From assembly GCA_038323665.1 (NCBI GenBank), contig JBBQHD010000003.1, forward strand, positions 6,575-70,574: 64,000 nt of DNA. The letters are read 5' to 3'. The notes beneath the pieces were generated by a model. It was not told where the DNA came from. It was given only the letters and a program-made list of their open reading frames with translations, and searched no databases. Source of the DNA: Bdellovibrionales bacterium. GTDB taxonomy: Bacteria > Bdellovibrionota > Bdellovibrionia > Bdellovibrionales > Bdellovibrionaceae. Both the position numbers and the translations under genes were made by a program. This document shows, piece after piece, positions 37,939 to 48,922 of this stretch. The number at the start of each line of letters is the position of its first letter. Position 1 is the stretch's first letter.

Positions 37939-40900
37939 ATGCAGGAACAAAGCACCGAATCAGCTCCAGAAAATCGCCCTGAAAAAATCGAACGCGACAC
38001 CAATTATTGGTTAAGCTTAGAACACTATGCTCAAGATCCTGAATTTCTAAAATTGGGTTCGCAAGAATTTGCTTCGTCGCCCTTAAAAGAAGGCGAAGAA
38101 AATGCCATTGAACGTCGTGATTTTCTAAAATTAATGGGCGCATCGATTGCCTTAGCATCCACCGGTTGCCTGCGCAGACCTGTGCAAAAAGTTGTTCCTT
38201 ATAATAAGCAACCCGAAGAAGTCACCTTGGGTGTCCCGAATTACTACACATCTTCTTACAGCGATGGCGTTGAATCCTTGGGTTTGCTGATTAAAACTCG
38301 CGAGGGTCGTCCCATCAAGGTCGAGGGAAATCCCGAACATCCCAATAATAAAGGCGCCGTATCGATCAGTGCTCAGGCTTCGATTTTAAATTTGTATGAT
38401 CCCGATCGTTTAAATGGTCCTAGAAAAAATTTGTGGAATGAAAAACGTACGAACAAAGACACCGTAACCCCGAAATGGGATGCGATGGATGATGAAATTT
38501 CAGCGCAACTTAAAAAAGGTTCTGTCGTAATTTTATCCAGCAGTATTTCCAGTCCGTCTTTGCGTTCGATTGTTTCGGAATTTTCGCAAGGCTTTGCGGC
38601 CAAGCATTTGGTATGGGACGCGCACAGCAATGATCAGTTAATTCGTGCCAGAAAAATGTGTTTTGGTGCAGAGACTTTGCCGGTTTATCAAATCGACAAA
38701 GCAAAATTAATTCTTTCGATCGATGCCGATTTTTTGGCAACTTTTTTAACTCCGATGGCATTCAGTAAACAGTTTTCCAAAGGCCGTCGCGAAATTGAAA
38801 AAATGTCGCGATTGGTTTCTTTCGATTCCACTTTTTCTTTGACCGGCGCCAACGCAGATTTGCGTTACCGCATCAAACCCAGCCAGCAGCTGGATGTGGT
38901 GATGGCAATTTTCAGCGAGCTTGAAAAACAGCACAAAGTCGTTGTGCCCGCGGCTTTGAAAAACACTTTGGATGAATACAGAAATCGCATCAGTCAGCTG
39001 AATATGGACGGCAAAATTTTCGCAGAAATCGCCAAAGACCTTTGGGAAAACCGCGGACAATCTATTGTAATGGCTGGTGGAATTGCAACTCAGACGGAAT
39101 TTTCTGAAGGATTGTTCTGCGCTGTGAATTGCTTGAACAGTATTTTGGGCAACGAAGGAAAAACAATTTTAGAACGACCGGCAGTGGCTTCTAGTTCATT
39201 TGCGGATATCAAAGCACTGATTACTTCGATGACTGCAGGAAAAGTTAAAACTTTGATTCTGCACAAAGTAAATCCGATTTATCATTTGCCTGAATCTTTC
39301 GGTTTCGCCGAAGCTTTGAAAAAAGTGGATATGGTTGTATCGACTGCGGACCGCATCGACGAGACTTCTCAATATGCTAATTATATTATTCCTGACAACC
39401 ACCCACTAGAAGCTTGGGGTGATTCCGAATCATTAGAAGGCGTAATCAGTTTGCAACAGCCATCGATTCGTCCTTTGTATGATTCCAGGGCTTTTGCTTT
39501 GTCCTTAATGAACTGGGGATTTATCGCAAAAATGGGCCCAAAAAGATTATTGGCCTATGAAACTTATTACGACTATTTGCGCAATTATTGGAAAGAAGAT
39601 GTTTTACCAAAAGTCGCAAAGGGACAAAACTTTGATGATTTCTGGGCGCAGGCTTTGCAAAAAGGTTTTGTCGGAAGTTCCCGCGCTACCGCTGGAAAAA
39701 ATTCGGCTAAATTGGAAATGCTTTCGCATTACAAGGCTTCCGAATCGGTTGGACCAGAATTGGTTTTATATCCAACGGTGATGATGGGCGACGGATCGCA
39801 AACCAATATTTCTTGGCTGCATGAATTGCCAGATCCTGTAACAAAAATTACTTGGGATAATTACGCCAGTGTGTCGATTGCATTTGCTAAGAAAAATTCT
39901 TTAAGTGAAGGCGATGTGATCGAGCTGGATGTAAATGGTAAAAAATTAGAATTACCGACGCACATTCAGCCAGGATTGCACGACGAAGTCATAGCTGTTG
40001 CGGTTGGTTACGGGCGCACAAAAGTAGGTCGAGTTGCAAACAATGTCGGAAGAAATTCTTATTCCTTAGTTTCCGATCAAGGAATTTTCTCGGGCCAAAA
40101 AGTCACGATCAAAAAAACTTCGCGCAAAGAAAAATTAGCTAATCCCCAGGGCAACCAATCAATGGAAGGCCGACAAATTGTGGTCGAAGCCACCGTTGCC
40201 GAATACCAAAAGAAAAAAAGTGCCAACATCCATCGTCACCACACTTGGTCCATTTGGCCAGGCCAAGAATACAATGGAAATAAATGGGGAATGAGCGTCG
40301 ATTTAAATTCCTGCACCGGTTGCAATGCCTGTGTGGTTTCTTGTCAGTCGGAAAATAATATTCCCGTGGTCGGAAAAAAATATGTTTTAGAAGGCCGCGA
40401 AATGGCTTGGATTCGCATCGATCGTTACTACACGGGAACTCCAGATAATCCTGAAGTCGTTTTCCAACCAGTGATGTGTCAGCAATGTTCAAACGCACCT
40501 TGTGAAACAGTTTGCCCAGTTTTGGCCACGGTTCACACCGATGATGGTTTGAATGCGATGGTTTACAACCGCTGCGTTGGAACCAGATATTGTTCGAACA
40601 ACTGTCCTTACAAAGTGCGCAGATTTAATTGGTTTGCTTGGAATAAAAAAATTGAAGCTCCATTAAATATGGCTTTGAATCCCGAAGTTACTGTTCGTAT
40701 TCGTGGGGTGATGGAAAAATGCACTTTCTGCGTGCAAAGAATTAAAACCGTGAAAAACACAGCACGTCTTGAAAATCGAAAAATCAAAGACGGCGAAATC
40801 AAAACCGCCTGCCAAGTGGTCTGTCCAACGGACGCAATTGTGTTCGGGGACATGAACGATCCCAACAGTGCAGTATCGGCTTTGTTCAAAGACGAACGCG

Positions 40901-41010
40901 CCTACGCACTTTTAGAAGAATGGCATGCAGCGCCCAGCGTTCGATATTTATCCAAAATCAGAAATAACGGCGAAGAAAAACGCCATTCCAATAGCGAGGA
41001 GCACGTATGA
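37939..41010 (+). CDS. actB: alternative complex III subunit ActB (molybdopterin-oxidoreductase-like plus Fe-S domains)
   Basis: Tat motif RRDFLKLMG. The C-terminal ferredoxin-type clusters are [45 protein letters not shown] and CTFC. Start set at the ATG at 37939, after the actA stop. Confidence 0.9.
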   Translation: MQEQSTESAPENRPEKIERDTNYWLSLEHYAQDPEFLKLGSQEFASSPLKEGEENAIERRDFLKLMGASIALASTGCLRRPVQKVVPYNKQPEEVTLGVPNYYTSSYSDGVESLGLLIKTREGRPIKVEGNPEHPNNKGAVSISAQASILNLYDPDRLNGPRKNLWNEKRTNKDTVTPKWDAMDDEISAQLKKGSVVILSSSISSPSLRSIVSEFSQGFAAKHLVWDAHSNDQLIRARKMCFGAETLPVYQIDKAKLILSIDADFLATFLTPMAFSKQFSKGRREIEKMSRLVSFDSTFSLTGANADLRYRIKPSQQLDVVMAIFSELEKQHKVVVPAALKNTLDEYRNRISQLNMDGKIFAEIAKDLWENRGQSIVMAGGIATQTEFSEGLFCAVNCLNSILGNEGKTILERPAVASSSFADIKALITSMTAGKVKTLILHKVNPIYHLPESFGFAEALKKVDMVVSTADRIDETSQYANYIIPDNHPLEAWGDSESLEGVISLQQPSIRPLYDSRAFALSLMNWGFIAKMGPKRLLAYETYYDYLRNYWKEDVLPKVAKGQNFDDFWAQALQKGFVGSSRATAGKNSAKLEMLSHYKASESVGPELVLYPTVMMGDGSQTNISWLHELPDPVTKITWDNYASVSIAFAKKNSLSEGDVIELDVNGKKLELPTHIQPGLHDEVIAVAVGYGRTKVGRVANNVGRNSYSLVSDQGIFSGQKVTIKKTSRKEKLANPQGNQSMEGRQIVVEATVAEYQKKKSANIHRHHTWSIWPGQEYNGNKWGMSVDLNSCTGCNACVVSCQSENNIPVVGKKYVLEGREMAWIRIDRYYTGTPDNPEVVFQPVMCQQCSNAPCETVCPVLATVHTDDGLNAMVYNRCVGTRYCSNNCPYKVRRFNWFAWNKKIEAPLNMALNPEVTVRIRGVMEKCTFCVQRIKTVKNTARLENRKIKDGEIKTACQVVCPTDAIVFGDMNDPNSAVSALFKDERAYALLEEWHAAPSVRYLSKIRNNGEEKRHSNSEEHV

Positions 41011-42362
41011 TTAAACGTAAGCAGCTCGTCCTTGGAAATAAAACTTTGGTCGATATTACCAATGATATTTGCGAACCGGTAGAATCAATTCCCAAAAAAG
41101 GTTGGATCACCTTATTTTTGGGTGCAAAAACTTTGATGATTTTTTATTTCGGCATCATCGGATACATCTTGGCCAATGGTATCGGACTTTTAGGGGTCAA
41201 TCATCCCATCGCTTGGGGAACCATGATCGTGACCTTCGTATTCTGGATCGGGATTGGTCACGCAGGAACTTTGATTTCGGCAATTTTATTTTTATTCCGA
41301 CAAAAATGGAGAACTTCGGTGGCAAGAACTGCCGAAGCCATGACAGTTTTTGCGGTGATGACGGCGGGATTATTTCCGCTGTTGCACACCGGGCGTCCTT
41401 GGTTGGATTTCTGGTTATTTCCTTATCCCAATCAACGCGGACCTTTGTGGGTGAACTTTAGATCGCCCTTACTTTGGGACGTATTTGCAGTTTCGACTTA
41501 CGCAACGGTTTCGATTGTTTTCTGGTATATCGGAATGGTTCCTGATTTTGCGACTTTGAAAGACCGCGCAAAAAATAAAATTCGTAAAATTGTTTACGGG
41601 GCATTGTCTTTGGGTTGGCGCGGAACGGCTCGTAACTGGAGCCACTATGAAATGGTTTATCTATTGCTTGCGGGACTTTCGACTCCGCTGGTTTTATCCG
41701 TTCACACCATTGTATCTTTCGATTTCGCGGTTTCGAATTTACCTGGTTGGCATACCACGATTTTCCCCCCGTATTTCGTTGCGGGCGCAATTTTTTCGGG
41801 TTTTGCCATGGTGATCACGCTGATGACTTGTGTGCGCATTGGATTTCCAAAATTCAAAGACTATATCACCATCGATCATATGGAAGTGATGAACAAAATC
41901 ATTATGACCACAGGTCTTATGGTTGGTTACGCATATACCAGTGAATTTTTCATCGCTTGGTATTCCGGCAACGTTTACGAACGCTATGTTTTCGTCAACC
42001 GTGCATTGGGAACTTATGGTTGGTGCTATTGGGCCATGGTTTCTTGTAACGTTTTACTTCCACAAATTTTCTGGTTTAAAAAAGCACGCAGATCTTTGAC
42101 CACTATGTTCATCATTTCCATTTTCGTAAATATCGGAATGTGGTTTGAACGATTTGTGATCACAGTGACGTCTTTGCATCATGATTTCTTGCCCTCTAGT
42201 TGGGGAAATTACGCGTGGAGCTTTTTCGATGGTTGCATCTTATTCGGATCTTTTGGCATGTTCCTGACCTTATTCTTGGGTTACTTGCGAGTGTTCCCAG
42301 CCATTTCAATCGCAGAAATTAAAACCGTCATGCACGTTGGAAAAGACGGAGGTCATTCATGA
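41007..42362 (+). CDS. actC: alternative complex III subunit ActC (NrfD/PsrC-like quinol-interacting membrane subunit)
   Basis: Polytopic NrfD-like protein. Start and stop overlap the neighbouring genes. Confidence 0.88.
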   Translation: MIKRKQLVLGNKTLVDITNDICEPVESIPKKGWITLFLGAKTLMIFYFGIIGYILANGIGLLGVNHPIAWGTMIVTFVFWIGIGHAGTLISAILFLFRQKWRTSVARTAEAMTVFAVMTAGLFPLLHTGRPWLDFWLFPYPNQRGPLWVNFRSPLLWDVFAVSTYATVSIVFWYIGMVPDFATLKDRAKNKIRKIVYGALSLGWRGTARNWSHYEMVYLLLAGLSTPLVLSVHTIVSFDFAVSNLPGWHTTIFPPYFVAGAIFSGFAMVITLMTCVRIGFPKFKDYITIDHMEVMNKIIMTTGLMVGYAYTSEFFIAWYSGNVYERYVFVNRALGTYGWCYWAMVSCNVLLPQIFWFKKARRSLTTMFIISIFVNIGMWFERFVITVTSLHHDFLPSSWGNYAWSFFDGCILFGSFGMFLTLFLGYLRVFPAISIAEIKTVMHVGKDGGHS

Positions 42363-42871
42363 ACTCGGGCATCGCAGGAATTTTTACTGATGAGCACAAA
42401 GTGGTCGAAGCAGCTCGCACCGTTCGACAAACATTTAATTCTGTCGAAGCAATTTCTCCTTATCCATTGCACGGAATGGAAGATGCTTTGCAGATCCCAC
42501 GTTCGTGCATTCCCTACGTTACTTTTGTTGGCGGTTTAGTCGGAATGTTCACAGGGCTTTTTATCACCATTTGGACTTCGGCTTATGATTGGCCCATAAA
42601 TGTCGGAGGTAAACCCTATGTCAGTTTGCCTGCATTTATTCCCATCGTCTTTGAATTGACGATTTTATTCGGAGCCTTAAGTTCCGTTGTGGCCTTGGCT
42701 TGGTTCTGTCGAATTCCAAAACTCAATCCTCCGATTATTGATCCCGATTTGTCGTCGCATAAATTTGCTTTGTTTATTCCTACCAGCGACAAATCTTTCA
42801 ATGCAGAACAAGCAGAAAATCTTCTTCGGCAGGTAGGTGCCTTGGAAGTTAAGAAAGTTTCGGAGTATTGA
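42359..42871 (+). CDS. actD: alternative complex III subunit ActD (DUF3341-type)
   Basis: 170 aa with two central TM helices. Position follows actC. Confidence 0.78.
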   Translation: MNSGIAGIFTDEHKVVEAARTVRQTFNSVEAISPYPLHGMEDALQIPRSCIPYVTFVGGLVGMFTGLFITIWTSAYDWPINVGGKPYVSLPAFIPIVFELTILFGALSSVVALAWFCRIPKLNPPIIDPDLSSHKFALFIPTSDKSFNAEQAENLLRQVGALEVKKVSEY

Positions 42872-42872
42872 A

Positions 42873-43439
42873 ATGAAAAATATTTTTCTTTTCACTGCAG
42901 CGTTGGGATTGTCGGCAGGTTTGATCGGTTGCACCGATGGCACACATGATCAACCCAATATCGAATTGATCCAAGATTTTATGATAACACCTGCGATTAA
43001 ACCGCAAACTTTGGATGAACATGCTCCGAATAAAATCGGCATGCGGGTTCCACCAGATAATACGGTTCCAGTCGGTTTCAAACCCTATGCTTACGGCACC
43101 AATGCCGAAAAAGCGGCTAAGGAAAATAAAAATCCTTTGTCAGGAAATGAAAGCGAAGCCGTTTTAAAAGTAGGAGAAAAGTATTTTGAAACCAACTGCG
43201 CCGTTTGCCACGGATTCAAAGGCGAAGGCGGCGAACACACCAGTGTGGGCGAAAAAATGAATTTAAAACCACCTAGTTTGTTGTCAGAAAAAATCCGCAA
43301 AATGAGTGACGGTGGAATTTATCACATCGTGACCATGGGCCAGGGTGTGATGGGACCCTATGCTTCGCATGTTCCGCAGGAATACCGCTGGCAGGTGATT
43401 AACTATGTTCGCAATCTGCAAAAAAATTCAGAAAAGTAG
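42873..43439 (+). CDS. actE: alternative complex III subunit ActE (monohaem cytochrome c lipoprotein)
   Basis: Lipobox LSAGLIGC and a single CAVCH haem motif. ATG at 42873. Confidence 0.8.
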   Translation: MKNIFLFTAALGLSAGLIGCTDGTHDQPNIELIQDFMITPAIKPQTLDEHAPNKIGMRVPPDNTVPVGFKPYAYGTNAEKAAKENKNPLSGNESEAVLKVGEKYFETNCAVCHGFKGEGGEHTSVGEKMNLKPPSLLSEKIRKMSDGGIYHIVTMGQGVMGPYASHVPQEYRWQVINYVRNLQKNSEK

Positions 43440-43448
43440 AGGACAATT

Positions 43449-44639
43449 ATGAGCCAACAATCGAAACAGCTGCATCTTGGAAAATTTGAAATGACGCAAA
43501 AGTGGCGCACGCTTGCATTCGGATTGATGGCCATCGGTTTGCTGACTTTTGTGATCGGTTTAATGCGCAATCAAGAACGTATGTGGCCAGCTTATTTAAA
43601 TGCATTTTTCTTTTTTAGTTGTTTGGGTTTGGGCGGGTTATTTTTTACCGCGCTTCAACATGTGACGAACGCTGGTTGGTCGGTCACTATACGCAGACTT
43701 TCGGAAGGAATGGCCGCATTTATTCCATTAATTTTTATTGGTGGGTTGGTTTTATTATTCGGTTTTAGTCGATTGTATCCTTGGGCCGACCCCAATGTAA
43801 CTGACCCCGTAGTTGTGGCAAAACACGCCTATTTAAATCCAACAGCCTTTGTCATCCGCTTAATTATTTTTTGCGGCGGCTGGTTTTTATTTAAAAAACT
43901 CATCGTCGGTCATTCCGTCAAACAAGATGTGGATGGCAACGAAGAACACACAACGAAAAATGTGCCAGTTTCGATTGGTTTTATTTTATTTTTCGGGCTG
44001 TCGTTTTCGCTTTTCAGCGTCGATCTTTTAATGAGCTTACAGCCCTCATGGTACAGCACCATTTTTGGAATTTATTGTTTTTCAGGTTTGTTTCAAGCAT
44101 CGCTGGCTGTAATTGCTTTGATCCTAGTTTACTTCAAGCGCTCGGGTTTAGTGGCAGGTTATATCACCGACGAACATATGCACGATGTGGCGAAATTTAT
44201 GAAAGCCTTTACAGTTTTCTGGGCCTATATCGCCTTTTCACAATTTATGTTGATCTGGTATGCAAACATTCCCGAAGAAACCGAATATTATATTATGCGT
44301 TCGCAAGGCGGCTGGATGGCCGTGTCTTTAGGACTGTTGATCTTCCGATTTATTGTGCCCTTTGTGGCGCTGTTACCGCGCGGATTAAAACGAAACGAAA
44401 ATCACGTCATCTTGGTTTCATGTTTAATCTTAGTGATGCAATACGTAGATATTTGGTGGATGGTTTACCCAAATTTCTTCGAAGGCCAAATGACTTTCGG
44501 CCTTTGGGAAGTGGGAATCTGGGCACTGTTCGCCGGAATTTTCCTATGGACCTTGGGAACTTTCTTAAGCAAGCACTCGCTGATTCCAATTAAGGATCCG
44601 CGGATACAAGAAGCTTTGAATCATCACGTTACGTATTAA
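43449..44639 (+). CDS. actF: alternative complex III subunit ActF (ActC-related membrane subunit)
   Basis: Polytopic 396-aa protein. Last gene of the operon. Confidence 0.78.
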   Translation: MSQQSKQLHLGKFEMTQKWRTLAFGLMAIGLLTFVIGLMRNQERMWPAYLNAFFFFSCLGLGGLFFTALQHVTNAGWSVTIRRLSEGMAAFIPLIFIGGLVLLFGFSRLYPWADPNVTDPVVVAKHAYLNPTAFVIRLIIFCGGWFLFKKLIVGHSVKQDVDGNEEHTTKNVPVSIGFILFFGLSFSLFSVDLLMSLQPSWYSTIFGIYCFSGLFQASLAVIALILVYFKRSGLVAGYITDEHMHDVAKFMKAFTVFWAYIAFSQFMLIWYANIPEETEYYIMRSQGGWMAVSLGLLIFRFIVPFVALLPRGLKRNENHVILVSCLILVMQYVDIWWMVYPNFFEGQMTFGLWEVGIWALFAGIFLWTLGTFLSKHSLIPIKDPRIQEALNHHVTY

Positions 44640-44640
44640 T

Positions 44641-44901
44641 AATTCCGTTCAGTTAAGGGATTTAAATTACAAGTCAGAATTAAATTAATTTTAAATTTAC
44701 AAGTAAAGGGCCCAAATCCGACAGGGCGCTTTACACAAAACGCGGGCTCCTGCCCTCCAACGACCGCCGAATACGGCGGACGCGTCCCGCTTCGTTGAGG
44801 TATTTGCGGAAAACGCCCTATCGGATTTGGGCCCTTTACTTGTAAATTTAAAATTAATTTAATTCTGACTTGTAAGTTAAATCCCTTAACTGAACGGAAT
44901 T
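44641..44901. repeat. long-hairpin element, copy 3 (core 44726-44815; ~85-bp arms with 2 mismatches)
   Basis: aattccgttcagttaagggattt...cccaaatccgacaggg is the reverse complement of ccctatcggatttggg...cttaactgaacggaatt. The core matches copies 1 and 2. The element begins 2 nt after the actF stop. Confidence 0.9.
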
Positions 44902-44980
44902 AAACGTATTGAATCACGGAGCAACGTATCTACGATCTGTTAAATATTCAGCGGTAAATTATTTATTATGGTGTAGCCAC

Positions 44981-46264
44981 TTAATCACGATCTCGGTTGT
45001 GCTTCCCGCAAAGCAAGCGCAAATTTTCCACCGAGTTTTCACCCAGATGTCGAAACGCTTGGACGTGGTCGAATTGAATTTGGTAACGAGATTCACATTT
45101 TTTCTGAGTGTCGGGATCGATAAACTGACAGCAACCTTGGTCGCGTTACCAAACCAGCTTTTTTACCGAAGCCGAGACATAGCGAGATCGCTTTTGGCCG
45201 GGTTTATTTTGGGCGTGTCTTTGCGCGGCGATGGGACTTGGGTTTTCTTTTGGATTTTTGGAAAGAGGTTCGGCGCAGGTAATGCTCGCATCCTGTTCGA
45301 CTTGAGAAGCATCATTCGATTTAACTTGGTTGGATTTCTTTTGCGGAGATTTATCTTTAATGGATTTATCTTGGGCGCAACTATCTTGAACCGATTTCTT
45401 TTTAGCTAACTGCGCATGTAGTTTTTCAACCATTACTTTAAAAAACTGACCCTGGGTCATATCGGGGTTTTGGTGCGACATCCAAAGTTTCAGTTCATCC
45501 ATTTTTTCTTTGGTCTCGGAATCTATTACAAAACGAAGTTCCGTTAAATTTTCAGATAGGACTTTTTCTTGTTCCTTGAATTTTAAACAAAGCTCGGGTG
45601 CAAGTTTAAATAATTCTTTCTCGGCTTCGCGGGTGGATTTATTTTCCAGTTTTTTAAAAAGCTCGGTTTTTTCCGCAATCGAGATCTTCTTGCCAGAATC
45701 ACTGGCTTTTTTATTTAAGAAATTCTGACCTTGCGAGACAACCGATAAGCTTAAAGACTTATCCGCAATTTTTTCCCTTAACTCAGGAATTTCAGAAATC
45801 GCACGAGCTGCCTGGATTCTGCGCATGGCCGAAGACGGTTCATATCCCAAATCTTTGGTTACAAAATCAAATAATGAACTAAAGCCAAGTTTTAGAAAAA
45901 TCTTTCTTAGGTTGATTTCAGCAATCAGCTCGATCACTTGCAAGGTTAGATCCTGTTCGTTTTTTGCAGCGTTCCTGATTTCAGCGACAAGTGCGCTGTT
46001 ATCCAGGAATTTGATAGCTTCGTCTTTCGACAAAGGTTTCGCTTCAGCAAAGGATTTATTTTCAACAAAAAATTCTGTTTCCGCGAAGGGCATCATTTCC
46101 GCAAAGAATTTCTTTTCGCGCGAGCTGCTTTTGCTTGAAGAATTTCCTACTTCAAGCAGCTTCTCCTCTGTCGAAATACTTGCACGCCCAGTATTCCCAA
46201 CTTCACGATCGACAGGCCAAAACTCTAACTGAACTTCCTTCGAGTAATCATACTCATCCAGCAC
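44981..46264 (-). pseudogene. HNH endonuclease (DUF222-like), copy B, with an in-frame TAA at 45146-45148 that cuts off the HNH domain
   Basis: The 372-codon ORF ends ...SASVKKLVW(stop). The same frame continues RDQGCCQFIDPDTQKKCESRYQIQFDHV...LLCGKHNRDRD to a stop at 44981-44983. The intact paralogue has CAG where this copy has TAA. Confidence 0.75.
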
Positions 46265-46505
46265 ACATCCTCATTTCTACTTCGATTTAAGAAGTAGAAA
46301 AAACTTATCACAGGTTTTAAAAATGCAATTTTCAGGTTTCCTCAGATCGCGAATGCGCAAATTAAACTTCAGTCTAAACGCACGAATTGGACCACCAACG
46401 AAAGCTTATGAAAAATTAGAAAAAACATCTTCCCAGTCAGAAATAATTTAAATTAGGCGTATTTAATCACTCAGAAAACTCGTCAATAATTTTAATTTAT
46501 TAACG
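46265..46505 (-). repeat. conserved ~240-bp leader of the HNH gene family (copy B)
   Basis: Block-wise similarity to 33412-33655. Confidence 0.8.
46460..46486 (-). promoter_or_regulatory. candidate sigma70-type promoter of HNH copy B
   Basis: Same TTGACG, 15 nt, TAAATA arrangement as copy A. Confidence 0.3.
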
Positions 46506-46870
46506 CAAGATGCGATCCCAAAACGAACGACGCAGTTTTATATTCACGTCAGCTTCCCACACAAAGCAGCCGCAAATTTTCCACCGAGTGATCGCCCAAC
46601 TGCCGAAACGGGTAAACATGATCAAATTGAATTTGGTAACAAGGCCCGTATTTTTTCCGCGTGCCGGGATCCACGAACCGGCAGCAGCCCCGGTCCCGCG
46701 GCCAAACAAGTTTTCCATAAGCGAAACCGATATATAGCGAGATCGCTTTGGGTTTGTTGCCGGCCTGCCTTTGTAAGTTGTTGGGGCTTGGATTTTCTTT
46801 GTGAATCTTCGAAAAGAGGTTCGGCGCAGACAGTGCTCGCATTGTGTTTGAATTGGGAATCAAGCCGCAA
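46500..46870 (-). pseudogene. 3'-terminal fragment of a further HNH endonuclease copy (frameshifted)
   Basis: Two short ORFs in different frames (46622..46903 and 46549..46863) align to the last ~120 residues of the family: ...CAEPLFEDS... then GKLVWPRDRGCCRFVDPGTRKKYGPCYQIQFDHVYPFRQLGDHSVENLRLLC. Confidence 0.7.
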
Positions 46871-46981
46871 TAACCGGCTTACCCCATAAATGTCTGCGCC
46901 CATCAGTTAGGATTAGAATTGGGTTTGGCAAACTAAGCCCACATCAGCTATAAAGAAGCTAATGTTATACGGAATCTGCTT

Positions 46982-48922
46982 GTGATTAAAATTGTTCTGC
47001 CTGATCAATCGGTCAAAGAGTTTGACCACAATCCCTCTGCGCTTGAAGTGGCCGCCAGTATTGGCTCACGTTTAGCCCAAGACACTCTTGGTGTGCGCCG
47101 AAATGGCAACCAAGAAATCCTGGATCTTCGGCAAAAATTAAATGATGGCGACAAAATTGAATTGATCACCACAAAAAGTCCTGATGCTGACGAAGTCATC
47201 CGACATTCCACTGCTCACGTTTTAGCACAGGCCGTGCAAAGTATTTGGCCCGAAGTCAAAGTCACCATCGGCCCCGTGATCGACAATGGATTTTATTACG
47301 ATTTCGATTCTCCATTTACTTTTACCGAAGAACATTTCGCCCAAATCGAAAAAAAGATGAGCGAAATCATCCACAAAGATTTACCGATTCGCAAAGAAGA
47401 CTGGAAAAAATCCGAAGCCATCAGCAAATTCAAAGCCATGGGCGAACGCTTCAAAGTCGAATTGATTGAAAATTTAAAAGACGACACTGTCGGCATTTAT
47501 CACAACGGCGACGAGTGGTTCGATCTGTGCAAAGGTCCGCATATTCAGCGCACAGGGCAAATCAAAGCATTCAAATTGCTCAGTGTTGCCGGTGCTTACT
47601 GGCGCGGAGACGAAAAAAACCCAATGTTGCAACGAGTGTATGCCACCGCATTTTCTTCGAAGGCCGCACTGGAAGAACATTTAAAAAATTTAGAAGAAGC
47701 ACAAAAACGCGATCACCGAAAACTGGGCAAAGAATTGGGTTTGTTTGTTTTCAACGAATTATCTCCGGGTGCTCCATTTTTTACCGGCAAAGGTTCAGTG
47801 ATTTACAATCAACTGCAAAATTTTATGCGCGAACTTTATATGGAATACGATTATCAGGAAGTGATCACCCCGCAGATTTTTGATACGGAATTATTTGTCA
47901 CTTCGGGACACATCGCCAATTACAAAGAAAATATGTATTTTTCCGAAATTGATAAGCGCGAATTTGCAACCAAACCGATGAACTGTCCTTCGCATTGTTT
48001 GATTTATAATTCAGATCACCATTCTTACCGAGATTTACCCATTCGCATGGCCGATTTCGGGCGTTTGCACCGTTATGAAAAATCGGGCGCCATGCATGGC
48101 CTGACTCGGGTGCGAACTTTTTGCCAAGATGACGGCCATATTTTCTGCACCGTTGATCAACTGCAAAAAGAAATTGAATCTTTTATGAGCTTGCTGACCC
48201 GAGTTTATAAAACTTTGGGCATGGATGAATACATTATTTATATCTCGACTCGGCCTGAAAAACGCATGGGCAGCGATGAAACCTGGGATAAATCCGAAGC
48301 CGCCTTATTCGAAGGCTTAAAAAAAATGAATTTGCCCTATAAAATCAATCCTGGTGACGGAGCTTTCTATGGCCCCAAAGCCGACATTATGTTTGTCGAT
48401 GCCTTGAAACGCCCCTGGCAATTGGGAACTTTGCAGGTGGATTATATTCAGCCCGATAATTTCGCCTTAAAATACGTGGGCGAAGACAATAAGGAGCACC
48501 GGCCCGTGATGCTTCATCGAGCAATCCTGGGATCGATCGAAAGATTTATCGGAGTTTACCTCGAGCATACAGCAGGCCATTTGCCTTTGTGGTTATCGCC
48601 AGTGCAGGTCAGAATTTTGAATATCACCGACAGGGTCAATGCTGCTTGCGAAAGTTTGCAAGCAGATTTGAAAAAGGCGGGAATTCGCACGGAATTCGAT
48701 GCGCGTTCAGAAAAATTGGGAGCAAAAATCCGCACCGCTCAGCTGGCCAAGATCCCCCTGATGGTGGTCATGGGCGATCAAGAAGCCGAAAAAGGCACGG
48801 TCACTGTGCGCTTACAAGACGGCAGTCAGAAAAACTTCACCAATGGTGAAGAATTTAAACATTGGATTTTAAATGAAGTTCGTTTAAAGAATTTAAAGAT
48901 ACCTAAGGAGGTTTCTCATTAA
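46982..48922 (+). CDS. thrS: threonine--tRNA ligase
   Basis: 646 aa with a TGS N-domain (MIKIVLPDQSVKEF...), an editing domain, class II core motifs and an anticodon-binding domain. GTG start. Confidence 0.95.
   Translation: MIKIVLPDQSVKEFDHNPSALEVAASIGSRLAQDTLGVRRNGNQEILDLRQKLNDGDKIELITTKSPDADEVIRHSTAHVLAQAVQSIWPEVKVTIGPVIDNGFYYDFDSPFTFTEEHFAQIEKKMSEIIHKDLPIRKEDWKKSEAISKFKAMGERFKVELIENLKDDTVGIYHNGDEWFDLCKGPHIQRTGQIKAFKLLSVAGAYWRGDEKNPMLQRVYATAFSSKAALEEHLKNLEEAQKRDHRKLGKELGLFVFNELSPGAPFFTGKGSVIYNQLQNFMRELYMEYDYQEVITPQIFDTELFVTSGHIANYKENMYFSEIDKREFATKPMNCPSHCLIYNSDHHSYRDLPIRMADFGRLHRYEKSGAMHGLTRVRTFCQDDGHIFCTVDQLQKEIESFMSLLTRVYKTLGMDEYIIYISTRPEKRMGSDETWDKSEAALFEGLKKMNLPYKINPGDGAFYGPKADIMFVDALKRPWQLGTLQVDYIQPDNFALKYVGEDNKEHRPVMLHRAILGSIERFIGVYLEHTAGHLPLWLSPVQVRILNITDRVNAACESLQADLKKAGIRTEFDARSEKLGAKIRTAQLAKIPLMVVMGDQEAEKGTVTVRLQDGSQKNFTNGEEFKHWILNEVRLKNLKIPKEVSH

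Noticed and set aside
44641-44901. Palindromes as a sequencing or assembly artefact (a missed hairpin adapter producing inverted duplications)
   Set aside because: The core does not resemble the library adapter sequences I know. It differs between copies by compensatory changes, and two copies have mismatches in the arms. All three are embedded in continuous gene context rather than at contig ends. Read-level confirmation is still worthwhile.
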